Shown here: positions 26,958 through 39,109 of the stretch, piece by piece | Layout: each line of letters starts with the position of its first letter | How positions within the stretch are numbered: position 1 is the stretch's first letter | Origin: Glaucostegus cemiculus | Taxonomy: Eukaryota | Direction of reading: 5' to 3' | Assembly: GCA_976551045.1 (NCBI GenBank) | Contig: CDPCPM010000024.1 | Location: 2,728,001 to 2,792,000 of the forward strand | Length of the DNA: 64,000 bases | The notes under the pieces: model-generated | The model's database searches: none | What the model was told of the DNA's origin: nothing | What the model saw: only the letters and a program-made list of their open reading frames with translations | Position numbers and translations under genes: made by a program

Positions 26958-27027
26958 ATGAAACGACCTGTGATTTTGCAGACTGAAAGTATTTACTATC
27001 CTATTCTTGCAATAATTGGAATTCCGG
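26958..27027 (+). CDS. GPR139-like GPCR copy C, coding exon 1
   Basis: MKRPVILQTESIYYPILAIIGIP+G, then GTAGG donor at 27028. Confidence 0.88.
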
Positions 27028-27041
27028 GTAGGTCAGTCGCA

Positions 27042-27173
27042 NNNNNNNNNNNNNNNNNNNNNNNNNNNNNNNNNNNNNNNNNNNNNNNNNNNNNNNNNNN
27101 NNNNNNNNNNNNNNNNNNNNNNNNNNNNNNNNNNNNNNNNNNNNNNNNNNNNNNNNNNNNNNNNNNNNNNNNN
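27042..27173. other. Assembly gap (132 N) just after the copy C donor site
   Basis: Run of n. Confidence 1.
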
Positions 27174-28111
27174 GTACTTGATTGCTGATATTAATCAAGA
27201 TCAGTCAATACAGCTGAATATTAATCCGAACGCGTGTTGATCTGATAGTAATATCTGACTGTCTTTAATCTGTAACGTAACTGGCAGGCAATATAGTGCC
27301 TTAAAATGTGTGCATTGGATTGAGACATCAAGCCAACGATATTTGAATTTGCCTTGGGGGTGAAATATATATCCACTTTGTAGAAAGAAGAAAGAAAATG
27401 CCTACTTCACCTCCTTGGAATACAAATTCCCTTAAAAATGGCAGAAAGTATTTATGTCCCGAAGGTTCAATGTGAAAATGAATTATTTTATTCGCTTTCA
27501 GTCAACAGACAAGTTTCTGTAACAATTCATGGCGTAAATGAAAAATCAATGTGTGGTGCCCTGCAGATTTTGCTCATCGTCCAAGATCACAAAGAATTTC
27601 AACTCGTATTAGAAAAAAAAACATGCAAAATCATTTCGATGGATGTTCTCCGTTTCACCGTGGATCTCTGATGCAAGGAAATTGGTAATGCAGGCGAATA
27701 TCCCACAACAAATGGAAGTTGAAATCTCCTTCTGACTGATAATTTACCGAAAAGTAGCACATGTATCAACAACAGGATGGAATGTGTCGCTTTTCTTTAT
27801 GCTTACTACTGTTGGCCATATCAAACTCACTGAAAATTGAACGGTATTAAGTGGTCACTAACACTTACTGACTGCTTGATGAATGACGATTTATTATTGC
27901 CAATAATTCCTAATATTAATCGTTTTGTTCAAAGCAGTATTTAAATAGGTGACGATGAATGGATACATGCAACGCAGATCACGGCAAATAGTTCAAGCGA
28001 ATATGGTAATAAACAGAACTATTGAATCTCTCCAGCAGTTGCCTTTCTGGAGCTTTAATTTCTAACTTTGACAGTTACATGGAAGAAAGGTAACACCTAT
28101 TTCTTTTCGAT

Positions 28112-29255
28112 TATAGAACATAGAATATAGATAGAACATAGATGCCTACAGCACAATTCAGGCCCTTTGTCCCACAAAGCTGTACCTAACATCTCCCCAC
28201 ACTATTAGGCATACCCATAGCTTTCTATCTTATTTACCTCCATGTACCCATCCAACATTCTCTTGAAAGACCCGAACGGATTCGCCTCCACCACCATCTC
28301 TGGCAGCCCATTCCACGCACTCACCACTCTATGAGTAAAAACTTACCCCTAACATCTCCCCTATATCTTCCCCCCAGCACCTTAAACTTATGTCCTCCTG
28401 TGGCCACTATTTCAGACCTGGGGGAAAGCCTCTGACTATCTACCCTATCAATACCACTCATCATCTTCTACACCTCAATCAGGACCCCCTCATCCTCTTC
28501 CTCTCCAAGGAGAAAAGGCCGAGTTCCCGCAAACTGCTCTCATAAGGCATGCTCCTCATTCCAGGCAGCATCCTCGTAAACCTCCTCTGCACCCGTTATA
28601 CAGCATCCACATCCTTCCTGTAGTGAGGCGACCGGAACGGAACACAATACTCCAGGTGAGGTCTGACCAGGACCTATACAACTGAAGCAACACCTCTCTA
28701 CTCCTAAATTCAATCCCTCGACCGATGAAGGACAATACCCCATACGCCTTCCTAACCATAGAGTCAACCTGCGCAGCCGCCTTGAATGTCCTATGGACTC
28801 GGACCCCAAGATCCCTTTGATCCTTCACACTACCAAGAGTCTTACCATTAATTCTATATTCCTCCGACCTATTCGACCTACCAAACGGAACCACTTCACA
28901 TTTATCTGGGTTGAACTGCATCGGCCATTTCTTAGCCCAACTCTGCATCCTATCTAATTCCCTCTGTAGCCTCTGACAGCCCTACAAACTATCCACATCT
29001 CCCCCAACCTTCGAGTCGTTAGCAAACTTACTAACCCACCACTCCACTTCCTCATCCAGGTCATTTATAAAGATGACAAACAGCAAGCGTCCCAGCACAG
29101 ATCCCTGTGGTACACCGGAGGTCACCGACCTCCACTCAGAATATGATCCTTCCACAACCACTCTTTGCCTTCTGTGGGCCAGCCAATTCTGAATCCGCAC
29201 GGCAATGTCCCCCTGGATCCCGTGTCTCCTCACATTCTCCATAAGCCTGGTATGT
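28112..29255 (-). mobile_element. 5'-truncated CR1 LINE (relatively young) in the intron of copy C
   Basis: RT motifs [35 protein letters not shown]; (catagaa)n 3' microsatellite tail; absent from unit E. Confidence 0.92.
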
Positions 29256-30937
29256 TTCGCACATTTTATTCCGCACATTTTAATCACCGAGACAGATATT
29301 AATATTGAAGCTCCATTTACTGACGACGGTAGGTGAGTGGCTTAGGCGGAGGACATTAATTGCCTGAGATTCAGCTGTAATTTGAGCTATTTCGTGGCAT
29401 GTCCTGTGAGAACTTTCTACGAACACCAGGAAATTACGAATCACGAGTATTACGACACCGAAAGAAACCGCTATTTACTTTTCTATGATGTTGCATATCA
29501 CTCAGGTTTAGCGATGGCTCGGCAACAAATCTTCCTGAGCAGATGGAGCAGCTGATTTTCTGTCCAACCCATGAACATCACCACAGCCAGACCTCGAGGC
29601 ATTTTAAAAAAGATACTCCGTATTCTTAAAGATACACATGCGTTCACACTCTATGAAGATTATCAGACAGAACGGAAAACTCGTTTGACAGTACATGTTG
29701 TCAAATGCCACTGAAATTTTCTAGGGGCAGAAAAGCAGACTTCTAACGCCTGTCTATTTTTTCCCTTCAATTCGCTTCTCTTTACCACATGTTTGATGAA
29801 TTCACGTTTCCAGGACATTGTGAACGGCAGGGCCTCAGGATTGAAATGCGATCACGGCAGATAGTACAGAGAATGGGATGTACGCACGAGTTTCGGGTCT
29901 CTTCCTTTAGGTCCACCCACCGACTCATTGAAATTTGGGGACTTTTGGCCCACTTCGTGCTTCCCCGTTGATTCGTTACTCTGAACTCAACGGTGAACAT
30001 CCTGTTGTTGACTTATTGTAAAATTTCAAAACTTCAGCGCTTGTGCGTTGCAAGTAGTATTGAAGGACGAGCTGGAGGTCTGAGGCCTGAAGTTACTTCT
30101 CTGATAACAAGAACAATGATGTTCAGAAGAAAAAATCAGACCAATGTTTACACCTGCCTTTCAATTTTATCCCGCGACGACAAACGTCGAAATGAGAGCA
30201 GATTGATTTCTATGGGATTGTAGACTCTGAATGGGAAAGTAAATTCAATCAGGGATTTCATATTTTACTTTTCATTTAATTTAACTATTTGTCAGTCTCT
30301 TGATTTATTTGAAGGAAATTGATTTGACTCATGATGAAAATAATTCACCCACTTATCAAGGTGTATTCGAGTAATTTGTTTGCTTTCCTTTGGACATTAG
30401 AGATATTGATAATGTGTTCCAATTAGAAAGCTATTAAAGTATCAACGGTGTTCGGACTTTCCCCAAGTCTGAGCCTAAGAATATCCCGCCTGAGAGTGAA
30501 TCGCCACTTGGACTTAAACTGGCACACATTATCTGTACCGGACGTGGATAGTCAGTTCACTTGGCTCACTGTTTTGGAATTAGCACTGTGGGAGTGGAGT
30601 CGCTGAGTTGTAATTCTGGAAAGCAAATTAACTTCAGAAAGCAAATATTATCACCACTGAGGTAGTACCGTTTGAGATGGAAAAAAAAGTAGTGATAATT
30701 CCACGGGATTTTGCTCAATCGTCGACGGCACTGCCTTTTGGAAAGGGTTCATCATGCAAAAATACATGGAATAAGTGAGGGATGTTTTCGAAATCATTTT
30801 TTTCAAATCCTTAATTTCATTGCAAAGACTTGAAGGTGAAAAAATAATGGTGCATGTGCCACAAATTGCAACCATATGCTTTGTATTTCTCGCATTATTT
30901 TCACATTTTTCATGCATAATATGTTGTTTGTTTGCAG

Positions 30938-31858
30938 CTAATTTGGTGGCAATCAACATCCTGTCCTCTGGAAAGTGTGGTCTCTCCAGATGCATTATCC
31001 AATATCTTATATCGATGGCAGCAGCAGACCTAATGGTGTTGGTTTTCAATATAATGCTGTACGAGATTAAAGAGGCATACTTTCCGCATTCATTCCTCAA
31101 TTACACACCTATTTGCAGTCTTCTTAATACACTAATTCATATTTCCCTCGACTGCTCTGTCTGGCTAACTGTCACTTTTACATTTGATAGATTTGTTGCT
31201 ATCTGTTGCCAGTCATTACGGACAAAATATTGTACTACTAAAGTTGCGTTGAATGTTATAGCACTGGTGTTTTTGTTAAGCATATTAGAAAATATTCCAA
31301 TATATTTCATATTTGAACCTCGGGAAATCATTAACAATATGCCATGGTCCTGTTATGTAAAGTCAAGCTTTTACACTTTACCAACTTGGGTTGTGTTTTT
31401 GTGGTTTGAAACGATTTTAGCGCCATTTACACCATTTGCTCTGATCTTGATGCTCAATTCCTTGACCATTAAGCATATTATACTGGCCAACCGAGTCAGA
31501 AGCAAGTTCCGAGGAAATAAAAGTGAGAATTGTCAGACTGATCAAGAGATTGACAATAGAAGGAAATCCATCATTTCATTGGTTGCGATATCTGGTAATT
31601 TTATTCTCTTGTGGATGATTAACCTTGCGTGCTTCATCTGTGTACAACTTACAGATACTCAGTTTCTGAAAACCGATTACAATGACCCTTTTACCATTGC
31701 AGAAAAAAAGTGGTTATATGCTGAGGTGTTTGAGCACTTGTACAAACACCTTCATTTATGCGGTATCTCAGAGACACTTCAGAGCAGAATTGCAGGGTAT
31801 GTTTCAACGTCCTCTGTTTCTAATTTCTCATTTCTGCAAACGTTGTTTAAATATTTAG
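30938..31858 (+). CDS. GPR139-like GPCR copy C, exon 2 (329 aa if a +1 A frameshift at 31703-31709 is removed; pseudogene or sequence error)
   Basis: Acceptor ttgcag|CT AAT TTG; intact TM1-TM6 with MAAADL and FDRFVAICC. Removing one A restores EKSGYMLRCLSTCTNTFIYAVSQRHFR...TAG 31856-31858, exactly the length of copy F. Confidence 0.85.
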
Positions 31859-31907
31859 CTGAAAAAAAAACCTGCATTCAGTCAAAGGAAAAGTACACGA
31901 TTCTTTT

Positions 31908-32040
31908 ACATAGAACATAGAGCATAGATACCTACAGCACAATTCAAGCCCTTCGGCCCACAAAGCTGTGCTGAACATCTTCCCACACTATTACCCATAG
32001 CCTTCTATCTTATTTACCTCAATGTACCAATCCAAGAGCT
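31908..32040 (-). mobile_element. Short CR1 3' end in the 3' UTR of copy C
   Basis: catagaacatagagcatag...acagcacaattcaagcccttcggcccacaaagctgtgc, same subfamily as 28112. Confidence 0.8.
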
Positions 32041-32726
32041 TTGAGAGACATGCATAAATATATGTGAAATATAAAATCCTTTGATCTTCGTTTCCAAAAT
32101 TTGTTACTTCTTTTATTTTGGATAATTTGAAAAAAAAAAACAACAATATAATGCGATATAATTTTAGGAGCTGTGAAAAAGTCAGTGAAACAAAATCATT
32201 AGCTTCATTTCACAACAACGTTGTCAGAAAATGTTGCATGAACCTAAGAGTTTTGGACGCATGTGTACAAACAACTCGGTTTCAGTTCGATCTTCGTTCG
32301 CTGGAGATCAGAATAAAATTCTCAACATGTTATGGTTTGCAGAGTAGATGGGGGTAAGGCACTAATTTTGATAAAAGTTAGTTCTTTGATCTGACAGGCA
32401 CTAGGAGTGAGCACAAATATAAATTATTTTGTTGTCAACTCTCAGTGAGGGTGTAGACTTGTAAATCGCTCTTGATCTCTCTGGAGACAATAGAAACAGA
32501 AGGGGCGGAACAATGCAAATCAGATCGAAATGCAGTGGCAGAAAAAAAACGGATTGAACATTGCTGAAACACTTAGCAGCTCACGCTGCCTGAATGTTGA
32601 GCGAAAGCAGTTATTGGTGTCGTCTGAAGACTTATCACCGAGCTTGTCTGTTTTGATGCAAGAAGGAAAACCAATTCGTCGGAAATCGCGAATTCAATGT
32701 CACTAGGAATCTAAACGACCAAACAA

Positions 32727-34478
32727 GACCATAAAAGCAGAAGACGTAGGAACAGAACTGGGCCATGACGCCCATCGATTCAGCACCGCCATTCGATCAT
32801 GGCTTTTTATTTTCCCCCCTCAACACCAGTCTCCTTCCCGCAAACTTTGACACACTTACTAATCAATAACATATCAACCTCCCTCTAAATATACCCAATG
32901 ACTTAGCATCCACAGGTGTCTGTGAATTAAATGAATTCCACCGATTGACCACACGGTGGCTCAATAGATTCCTACTTATTTCGGCTCTATAGGGACGTAC
33001 TTCTCTTTTGAGCCTCTGCCTGAGGTCCTGGAATCCCAATCTGAATGAATCATCGTCTCCACATCGGGTTTCACCAGGCCGTCCATTATTTGTTGGTTTT
33101 CAATAAGATTCCCCGTCGCCCTTTTAACTCTAGCACGTCTAGATCCAACAAAAGCCCCTCGTATGTTAACGATTTCTTCCCCGGGATCATTTTCCTAAAC
33201 CTTCGCTGGAATCTCTCCTAGGCCAGCACATCCTTCGTTAGTTATGGAGTTCAAAACTGCTCATGACAATCTAAATGTCGTCCTGCCAATGCATTATAAA
33301 GCCAAAGTAATTCAATCGGAGAGGAGTAGAACGTAAAGCATATCCTTGTTTATATATTCTCCTCTTTCCCAGTTGAATTCTAACACTGAATTTGCCTTCC
33401 TTACCATTCACTCAACCTGCAAGTTAACATTTGAGGAATCATGCACTATGACTCGCAAGTCCCTTTGCACCTCCAATTTCTGAATTCGCACCCCGTTTAG
33501 AAAACAGCCTTTGCCTTTACCCATTCTGTCAAATTTCGTTATCATATACTTCGTTGCATTGCCTTTCGTCCGCCACCTCTTTGCCCATTCTCTCAAAATG
33601 TCCAAATCCATCTACAGATTCCCTGCTTTCCCCGCACTACCCGCACATCCTCCTATCTTTGCATCATACGGAAACTTCATCACAAAACCATCAATTCCAT
33701 GATCCAGATCATCATAATACAACGTGAACAGTAGCCGACTCAACATGAACCTCTGAGGAAGATTATTAGTCACCTGCAGCCAAACAGAAAAGGCTCCTTT
33801 TATTCCCACTGTTTGCTTTCTTCCAGTCAGCCAATCTTCCATCCATGCCAATATTTTCCTGTAATTCCATGGACCCTTATCTTGTTTAGCAGCCTCATGT
33901 GTGGCACATTGTCGAAAACCTTCTCAAACTCCAAGTGTTCAACCTTCTCTGACGCTCCTTTATCTCTTATGCTTATTCCTTCCTCTAAGAATTCCACCAG
34001 ATTTATTAGGTAATATCTCTCCTGAAGGAACTCATGCTGACTTCGACCTATGTTATTATGTGATTCCAAGTGCCCCGAAACTTCATCCTTAACGACAGAC
34101 TCTAATATCTTCCGAACCACTGAAATAAAACTAATCGACCTACGACTTCCTGCCTTTTGCCTCCCTCTCTTCTTAAAGATTGGAGTGACATTTGCGACTT
34201 TCCAGTCCTCTGTAACTAACTGAGTCTAGTGATTCTTGAAAGAGCACTGCTGATGCCTCCATAATCTCTTAAGTTTCGAATTTCAGAGACCTGCTGTGCA
34301 GTCCATCCGTTCCAGGTGACTTATCTAACTTCAGACCTTACAGCTTTTCAAGCATGTTCTCCTTCGTAATAGAGACTACACTCACTTCTGTCCACGGACT
34401 CCACAGAATTTATGACCTGTTCTGGTGTCTTCCGCAGTGAAGACTGACGCAAAATACCAATTTAGTTCATCCTACATT
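32727..34478 (-). mobile_element. CR1 LINE fragment (RT to 3' end)
   Basis: KILESVVKDEV...FEKVFDNVPHMRLLNKI, WMEDWLTGRKQTVGIKG, DLDILREWAKRW motifs. Confidence 0.88.
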
Positions 34479-34504
34479 CAGAGAACTAAATTGTAGGATG
34501 TCAT

Positions 34505-34803
34505 GGGCTGGCCTGGTAATGTAGCGGTTAATGTAACGCTTTACAGCGCCAACGACCCTGGTTGAATTCCAGCTGCTGTCTGTAAGGAGTTTTTACGTTC
34601 TCCCTGTGTCTGCGTGGGTTTCTTCCGGGTGCTCCTGTTTCCTTCCACATTCCAAAGACGTACGAGTTGGAAAGCTGTGGGCATGCTATGCTAGCGCTTG
34701 TAACGTGGCGACTCTTGCGAGCTGCCACCAGAACACTCCACGCAAAATATTCATTTCACTGTCTGTTTAGATGTACATATAACTAATAAAGATATCTTAT
34801 TTT
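34505..34803 (+). mobile_element. tRNA-derived V-SINE (HE1-like elasmobranch SINE)
   Basis: A/B-box-like head (gtagcggtt...ggttgaattcc), V-domain gttctccctgtgtctgcgtgggttt..ccgggtgctcc.gtttcc.tccaca, ctaataaa tail. Confidence 0.85.
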
Positions 34804-34804
34804 A

Positions 34805-35965
34805 CCTAATCCCTTCCCCACAACATCATGCATCATTATCTTTTGGATAAGTCTTCTGTGTGGCACCATATCGAACGCTTTCTGGAAAACCATATATAGA
34901 ACATCAACAGTGGTCCTCTCTCCACTGCGCTCATTACATCCACAAAGAGCTCCAGTAATTTTGTCAAACATGATCTGCCCTCCTTGGACCCTTGCTGTGT
35001 CTGGTTGATGGAACCATTTCTATCCAGACGTTTCGCAATTTCTTCCTTAATGACAGCTTCAACATTTTCCCGAAGGCAAGGTTGTTAACTGGACTATCGT
35101 TACGTGTCTTTTGCCTACATCCCTTTTAAAAAATGGAGTGACATTCGCTGTCTTCCAATCCTCCGAGACCTGTGCAAAATCCAGTAAATTTGGCAAATTG
35201 TCACAAAAGATTCCAGTGTAACTTCTGCCGTTTCGTTCTGTACCCTGGGATGCATCCTATCAGGACTAAGGAACCTGCTTACCTTTATGCCCATTAGTTT
35301 GCTCATTCATGCCTATTCAGTGACAGCGATTATATCGAGGTCCTCCTCTCGTACCGCACCATCACATCTCTCCTTAGCATGTTAGCTGTGTCCTTCACTG
35401 TGAAGACCGAAAACAAAATCAATATTCAAGGTCTCGGCTATTTCCATATTACCCAACATTTTTCCCTATTCTCATTCCTCAAGGGATCTACGTTCACTTT
35501 AGCCACCCCTCCGCTTTATATAATTATAAAAATAAATACTGTCTATATTTTCATATATTTTGTGCTGGTTTGCTTTAGTCACCTATCTTCCCTTTCATTA
35601 TTGCTTGCTCTGTGGTTCTTTGCTGCTTTTTAAACTTGTACCAATTTTCCCGTTTCCCAGCACTCCTGACGACTTTGTTTGCATTAGCTTTTAGATTAAT
35701 ACCGTCTTTTATTTCTATTGTTATCTGAGGCTGGGTCTCCCCTCCCTTACAGTCCTCGCTTTTAACTGGAATATACTTTTGTTGAACACCATGAAAAATA
35801 CCTCTCAAAGTCTTCCACTGGTCTTCAACTGTCCTACCATTTCACTTGTGTTTCCAGTCGACGCTCTCCCAATCCTCCCTCATCCTGCTCTCGTCTCGCT
35901 TGTTTAGGCATAATGCACTGGTTGGAGATCGAACTATTACACCCTCCATTTGCATCTAGAAATTC
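34805..35965 (-). mobile_element. CR1 LINE internal fragment
   Basis: VDVLYMVFQKAFDMVPHRRL, SPDRMHPRV, QQKYIPVK motifs. Confidence 0.8.
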
Positions 35966-36864
35966 TAAAATCTTCGTTGTCAAGTATTCAATGAGCAATC
36001 AAACAATGCCTCGTGATTTCTACAACTCTGCTCTGAGAAGAGCATCTTCTCTGTATGGAACGTCGTTCAAAATAGATCAAGAAGCTTGAATGTTCTACCA
36101 CCAGCCGTCTGTTACGATACAACTTTCTTCCGTTCAATAACATAGTACAGCGCAGAGAACATGGTAGACAGACAAGCTTGTGGGAGAAGAGTACAGTGAA
36201 ATTGTAAAATTCGCTGTTTTTTAACATTGAATTGTAAGGTACACGAATAGATTGTGCAACATTGTTCTTCCTCTGAGAGTTTGGCCTCTCGGTCGCAACA
36301 GAGAAGGCCAAGAACAGACCGATCGGTGTGCAGGAGGGAAGGACATTTGAAACAACTTGGAATCGGCGGGTCGAGATGGCCGTTGCGTGAGAGTGCAGGT
36401 ACAGTGAGAACGATCGCCAAGCCTACCCTTCATTTCAACAAAGCGACTTAGATTATATCTCAAGCAAGGATTGTACTACACCAGATTGGAATGGCTGCAG
36501 GAGATGTTGGTCATATTGAACTAATTTCGCTATGTATCTTGAACAGAATTCAAACGGCTACATATCTATTTAAATAATACAGATAGGCTTCATTTTGACA
36601 TGGAATTGACGATCCCCATCGGAGTGCCACTCCAAAGGATGATGTCCCTTATAAACAACTCTAATTTTCTTTTTGGTTTGCTTTCTGCGGCGTTTCTATA
36701 CAATTGAGAATTGGGTAGAAATGGAAAAGAAAAGAACGCATTTGTTTTCTCATGGAGTTGAATGGCAAAGACATATTAGTGCATGAACCACAAATTGCAC
36801 CAACGACCCGTTTAGTTTTTGGGTTATTTTCGCGTTTTATTGCCATTTCTATACTGTGTTGCAG

Positions 36865-37552
36865 CTAATTTGATGGAACTCATCGTCTTCACTTCTCTAA
36901 AGTGTGGTGTCTCTCGATGCATCACAGAATATCTAATATCAATAGCAGCAGAAGCCCTAATGGAGCTAGGTTTCAAGACAATTAAAGAGGCGTATTTTCC
37001 GCATTCATCCCTCAATTACATATCTACTTGCAGTCTTCGGTTTGTACTGATCTATATTTGGTTTCATTGTTCTATCTGGCTAACTGTCACTTTTACATTT
37101 GATCTATTTGTTGCTGGATGCTGCCAGTCATTACGGACAACATATTGTACAAAAAAATTGCATCGAAGGTGATCGCATTGGTGTTTTTGTTACGGTTTTA
37201 AGAAAATAGTCCAATCGACTTCATATTTGAACCTCAGTAAATAATTGACAAAGTGCCATGGTCCTGTTCTGCAAAGTCAAGCTTTTACACCTCATTCAGT
37301 CGGGTGGTATTTTTGGTTTGAAACCATTTTAACATTATTTGCGCCATTTGCGCTGATTCTGTTGCTTAATTCTTTGACCATAAAACATATTTTACGCCTA
37401 ACACAGTCAGAAGGAAGCTCCGAGGAAAGAACAGTAAGAGGAACCAGATTGACCAAGAGACTGACAACACAAGGAAATAGATTATTTTACTGGATGCAAT
37501 ATCTGACAGTTTTATTCTCTTATGGATGGTAAATCTTCCGTGCCTCATCTGG
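36865..37552 (+). pseudogene. GPR139-like GPCR copy D (no exon 1 found, frameshifted, 3'-deleted)
   Basis: ttgcag|CT AAT TTG; KCGVSRC, SIWLTVTFTFDLF, WFETIL remnants; -1 frameshift at ~37151-37158 and in-frame stops; homology jumps after TM6 to the 3' flank (cf. 58600). Confidence 0.88.
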
Positions 37553-38049
37553 CATTTCTAAACACAGTTGCGATTTTTTTTGTTTTAGTTACTTTGAAGT
37601 AATAAGCAACGTATTGCAATCTTTATCGTATTTTGTCATAAATTCAGTTAAATATTTGCTGCATTTCAATGAAGTAAAGATTACAACCATCTCAGAAAAT
37701 GCTGGATAAGCATGAAGGTTTCGGATGCATTCATGAAGATAACTACGCTTCAGGTCGATTACAAGATTCTTCTTTGCAGCGAGAAAAAAAATGCAGTTCA
37801 ACTCAACATGCTGTGGTTTGAAGGGCAGGTAGAGTGTAGAAACAATAAATTAAATGCAATTATGTGGTCCGACAGACACCAAGAGCGAGGAAAAATATAA
37901 TTTACTTTGCTGTCAACTGACAGAGTGACACTAGGCTTGTTAATTGCACTTGATAGCTTTGCAGGAGATGGAAATCAAAACGGCAGAACAATGTTATTCT
38001 CGCAAATCAAATGAAATACCGCTGCAGAAAAATCACAAAGAAAAATGAA

Positions 38050-39030
38050 TTGTTGAAACACTCAGCAGGTCATTCAGCAACCATGTTGAGAGAAAACAGT
38101 GTTAAGGATGTAATTGAGGCCTACCATGGGGATTCAATCAGTTTCGCTGCAATTTGGAAAACCTCAGTGTTGGAAATTGACGGAAGGAATGGTCCGTGGC
38201 ATTTAAACTGCCGGGAAACCAAATACAGAGAGTTCAGAGCTGCATTCGGAGTCGGATATACAAGTGAAAGTTCAAAGTCACTCGTACGGATTGAACAATT
38301 GTGTTCTCTAAAAGATTAAAACAGTTCAGCTCCTCCACGTTTGCGTTTGTTCCCTCTGCGTCGGAGACTAACTTCTGAGCACTGAATGTAGTGCAGTAAA
38401 TTGGAAGTATAATTTAATGCATACAGAGGCCAGGCAATGTGTTAGGTCCGTTCAGGTGCTGCAAACGCAACTAAAAAAACTGCAGGTGTAACGTCTCACG
38501 TGGTTGCCTGGAAACGGGCTGAAAATAAGGCGAGTATTTGCTTAGGATAGAAAATAGAAGTATAGAGCCTGAAAGGGGAGAGAATCAAAAGATGTAACCA
38601 ATCGTGGGGTCACTTCCACTCGACGTGAGGCCGACATCTGCAGAAACGTAAGCAATAGAACCCATGTCAAGCCCTGGACTTGAGGATACCTGGTTCATGT
38701 AAAACATAATGGAAAGTTAAAAGGCATATTTAAAAACCATTCAGCTTTTAAGGAATCGATGCACGGCGATGAAAATGGAACTGATCAAGAAAGTCTTACT
38801 GTGGAATGCTTCATTGTTAGATCAGGAATGCCGAAGTTGATCAAAGTGGAAAAATGGAATGACGAACTTATTGGAAACTGGAATAATTTTAATAAAAGTA
38901 GCAAATGGAATCTGGCGGCTTACAACCTATTATTTGAGATTCGGATAGCGAGGTCGAAGAAGGGCAAAGAAGAGTCCGAGGTTGGACGCATGAAAGCATT
39001 TCAGGTCCAAAGTAATACCAGAGCTGTAGA
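38050..39030 (-). mobile_element. Old Penelope-like element fragment (paralog 48915-49890)
   Basis: Minus strand SDSSLPFFDL at ~38950-38980 (LDSSLPFFDF at ~49800) matches the Penelope RT SLPFLD motif. Confidence 0.55.
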
Positions 39031-39109
39031 AACGTAAGATTCTGTCTGAGAAGAGGAAGTTACATGAACACAAGTCTTCAGTTTACCAGACACAGTTATG
39101 ATAGAGGAG

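Larger units (their letters stand above)
22900..32720 (+). repeat. Duplication unit C (collinear with unit E, ~40620-49100)
   Basis: Shared upstream blocks (22990~40650, 24350~42312, 25220~43350), promoter, intron segments (27570~46320, 29300~46800) and 3' flank. Confidence 0.7.

Noticed and set aside
30651-31337. Minus-strand ORFs overlapping the GPCR exons (also 8109-8417, 36824-37015, 57468-57920)
   Set aside because: Antisense shadows of hydrophobic coding sequence, with no independent motifs or splice signals.
31710-31920. Novel C-terminal extension of the 381-aa ORF (KWLYAEVFEHLY...)
   Set aside because: It is the out-of-frame reading after the extra A; the conserved TM7 lies in the +1 frame.
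34505-34575. Possible tRNA gene
   Set aside because: It is the tRNA-derived head of a V-SINE, with no complete cloverleaf, and continues into the V domain.
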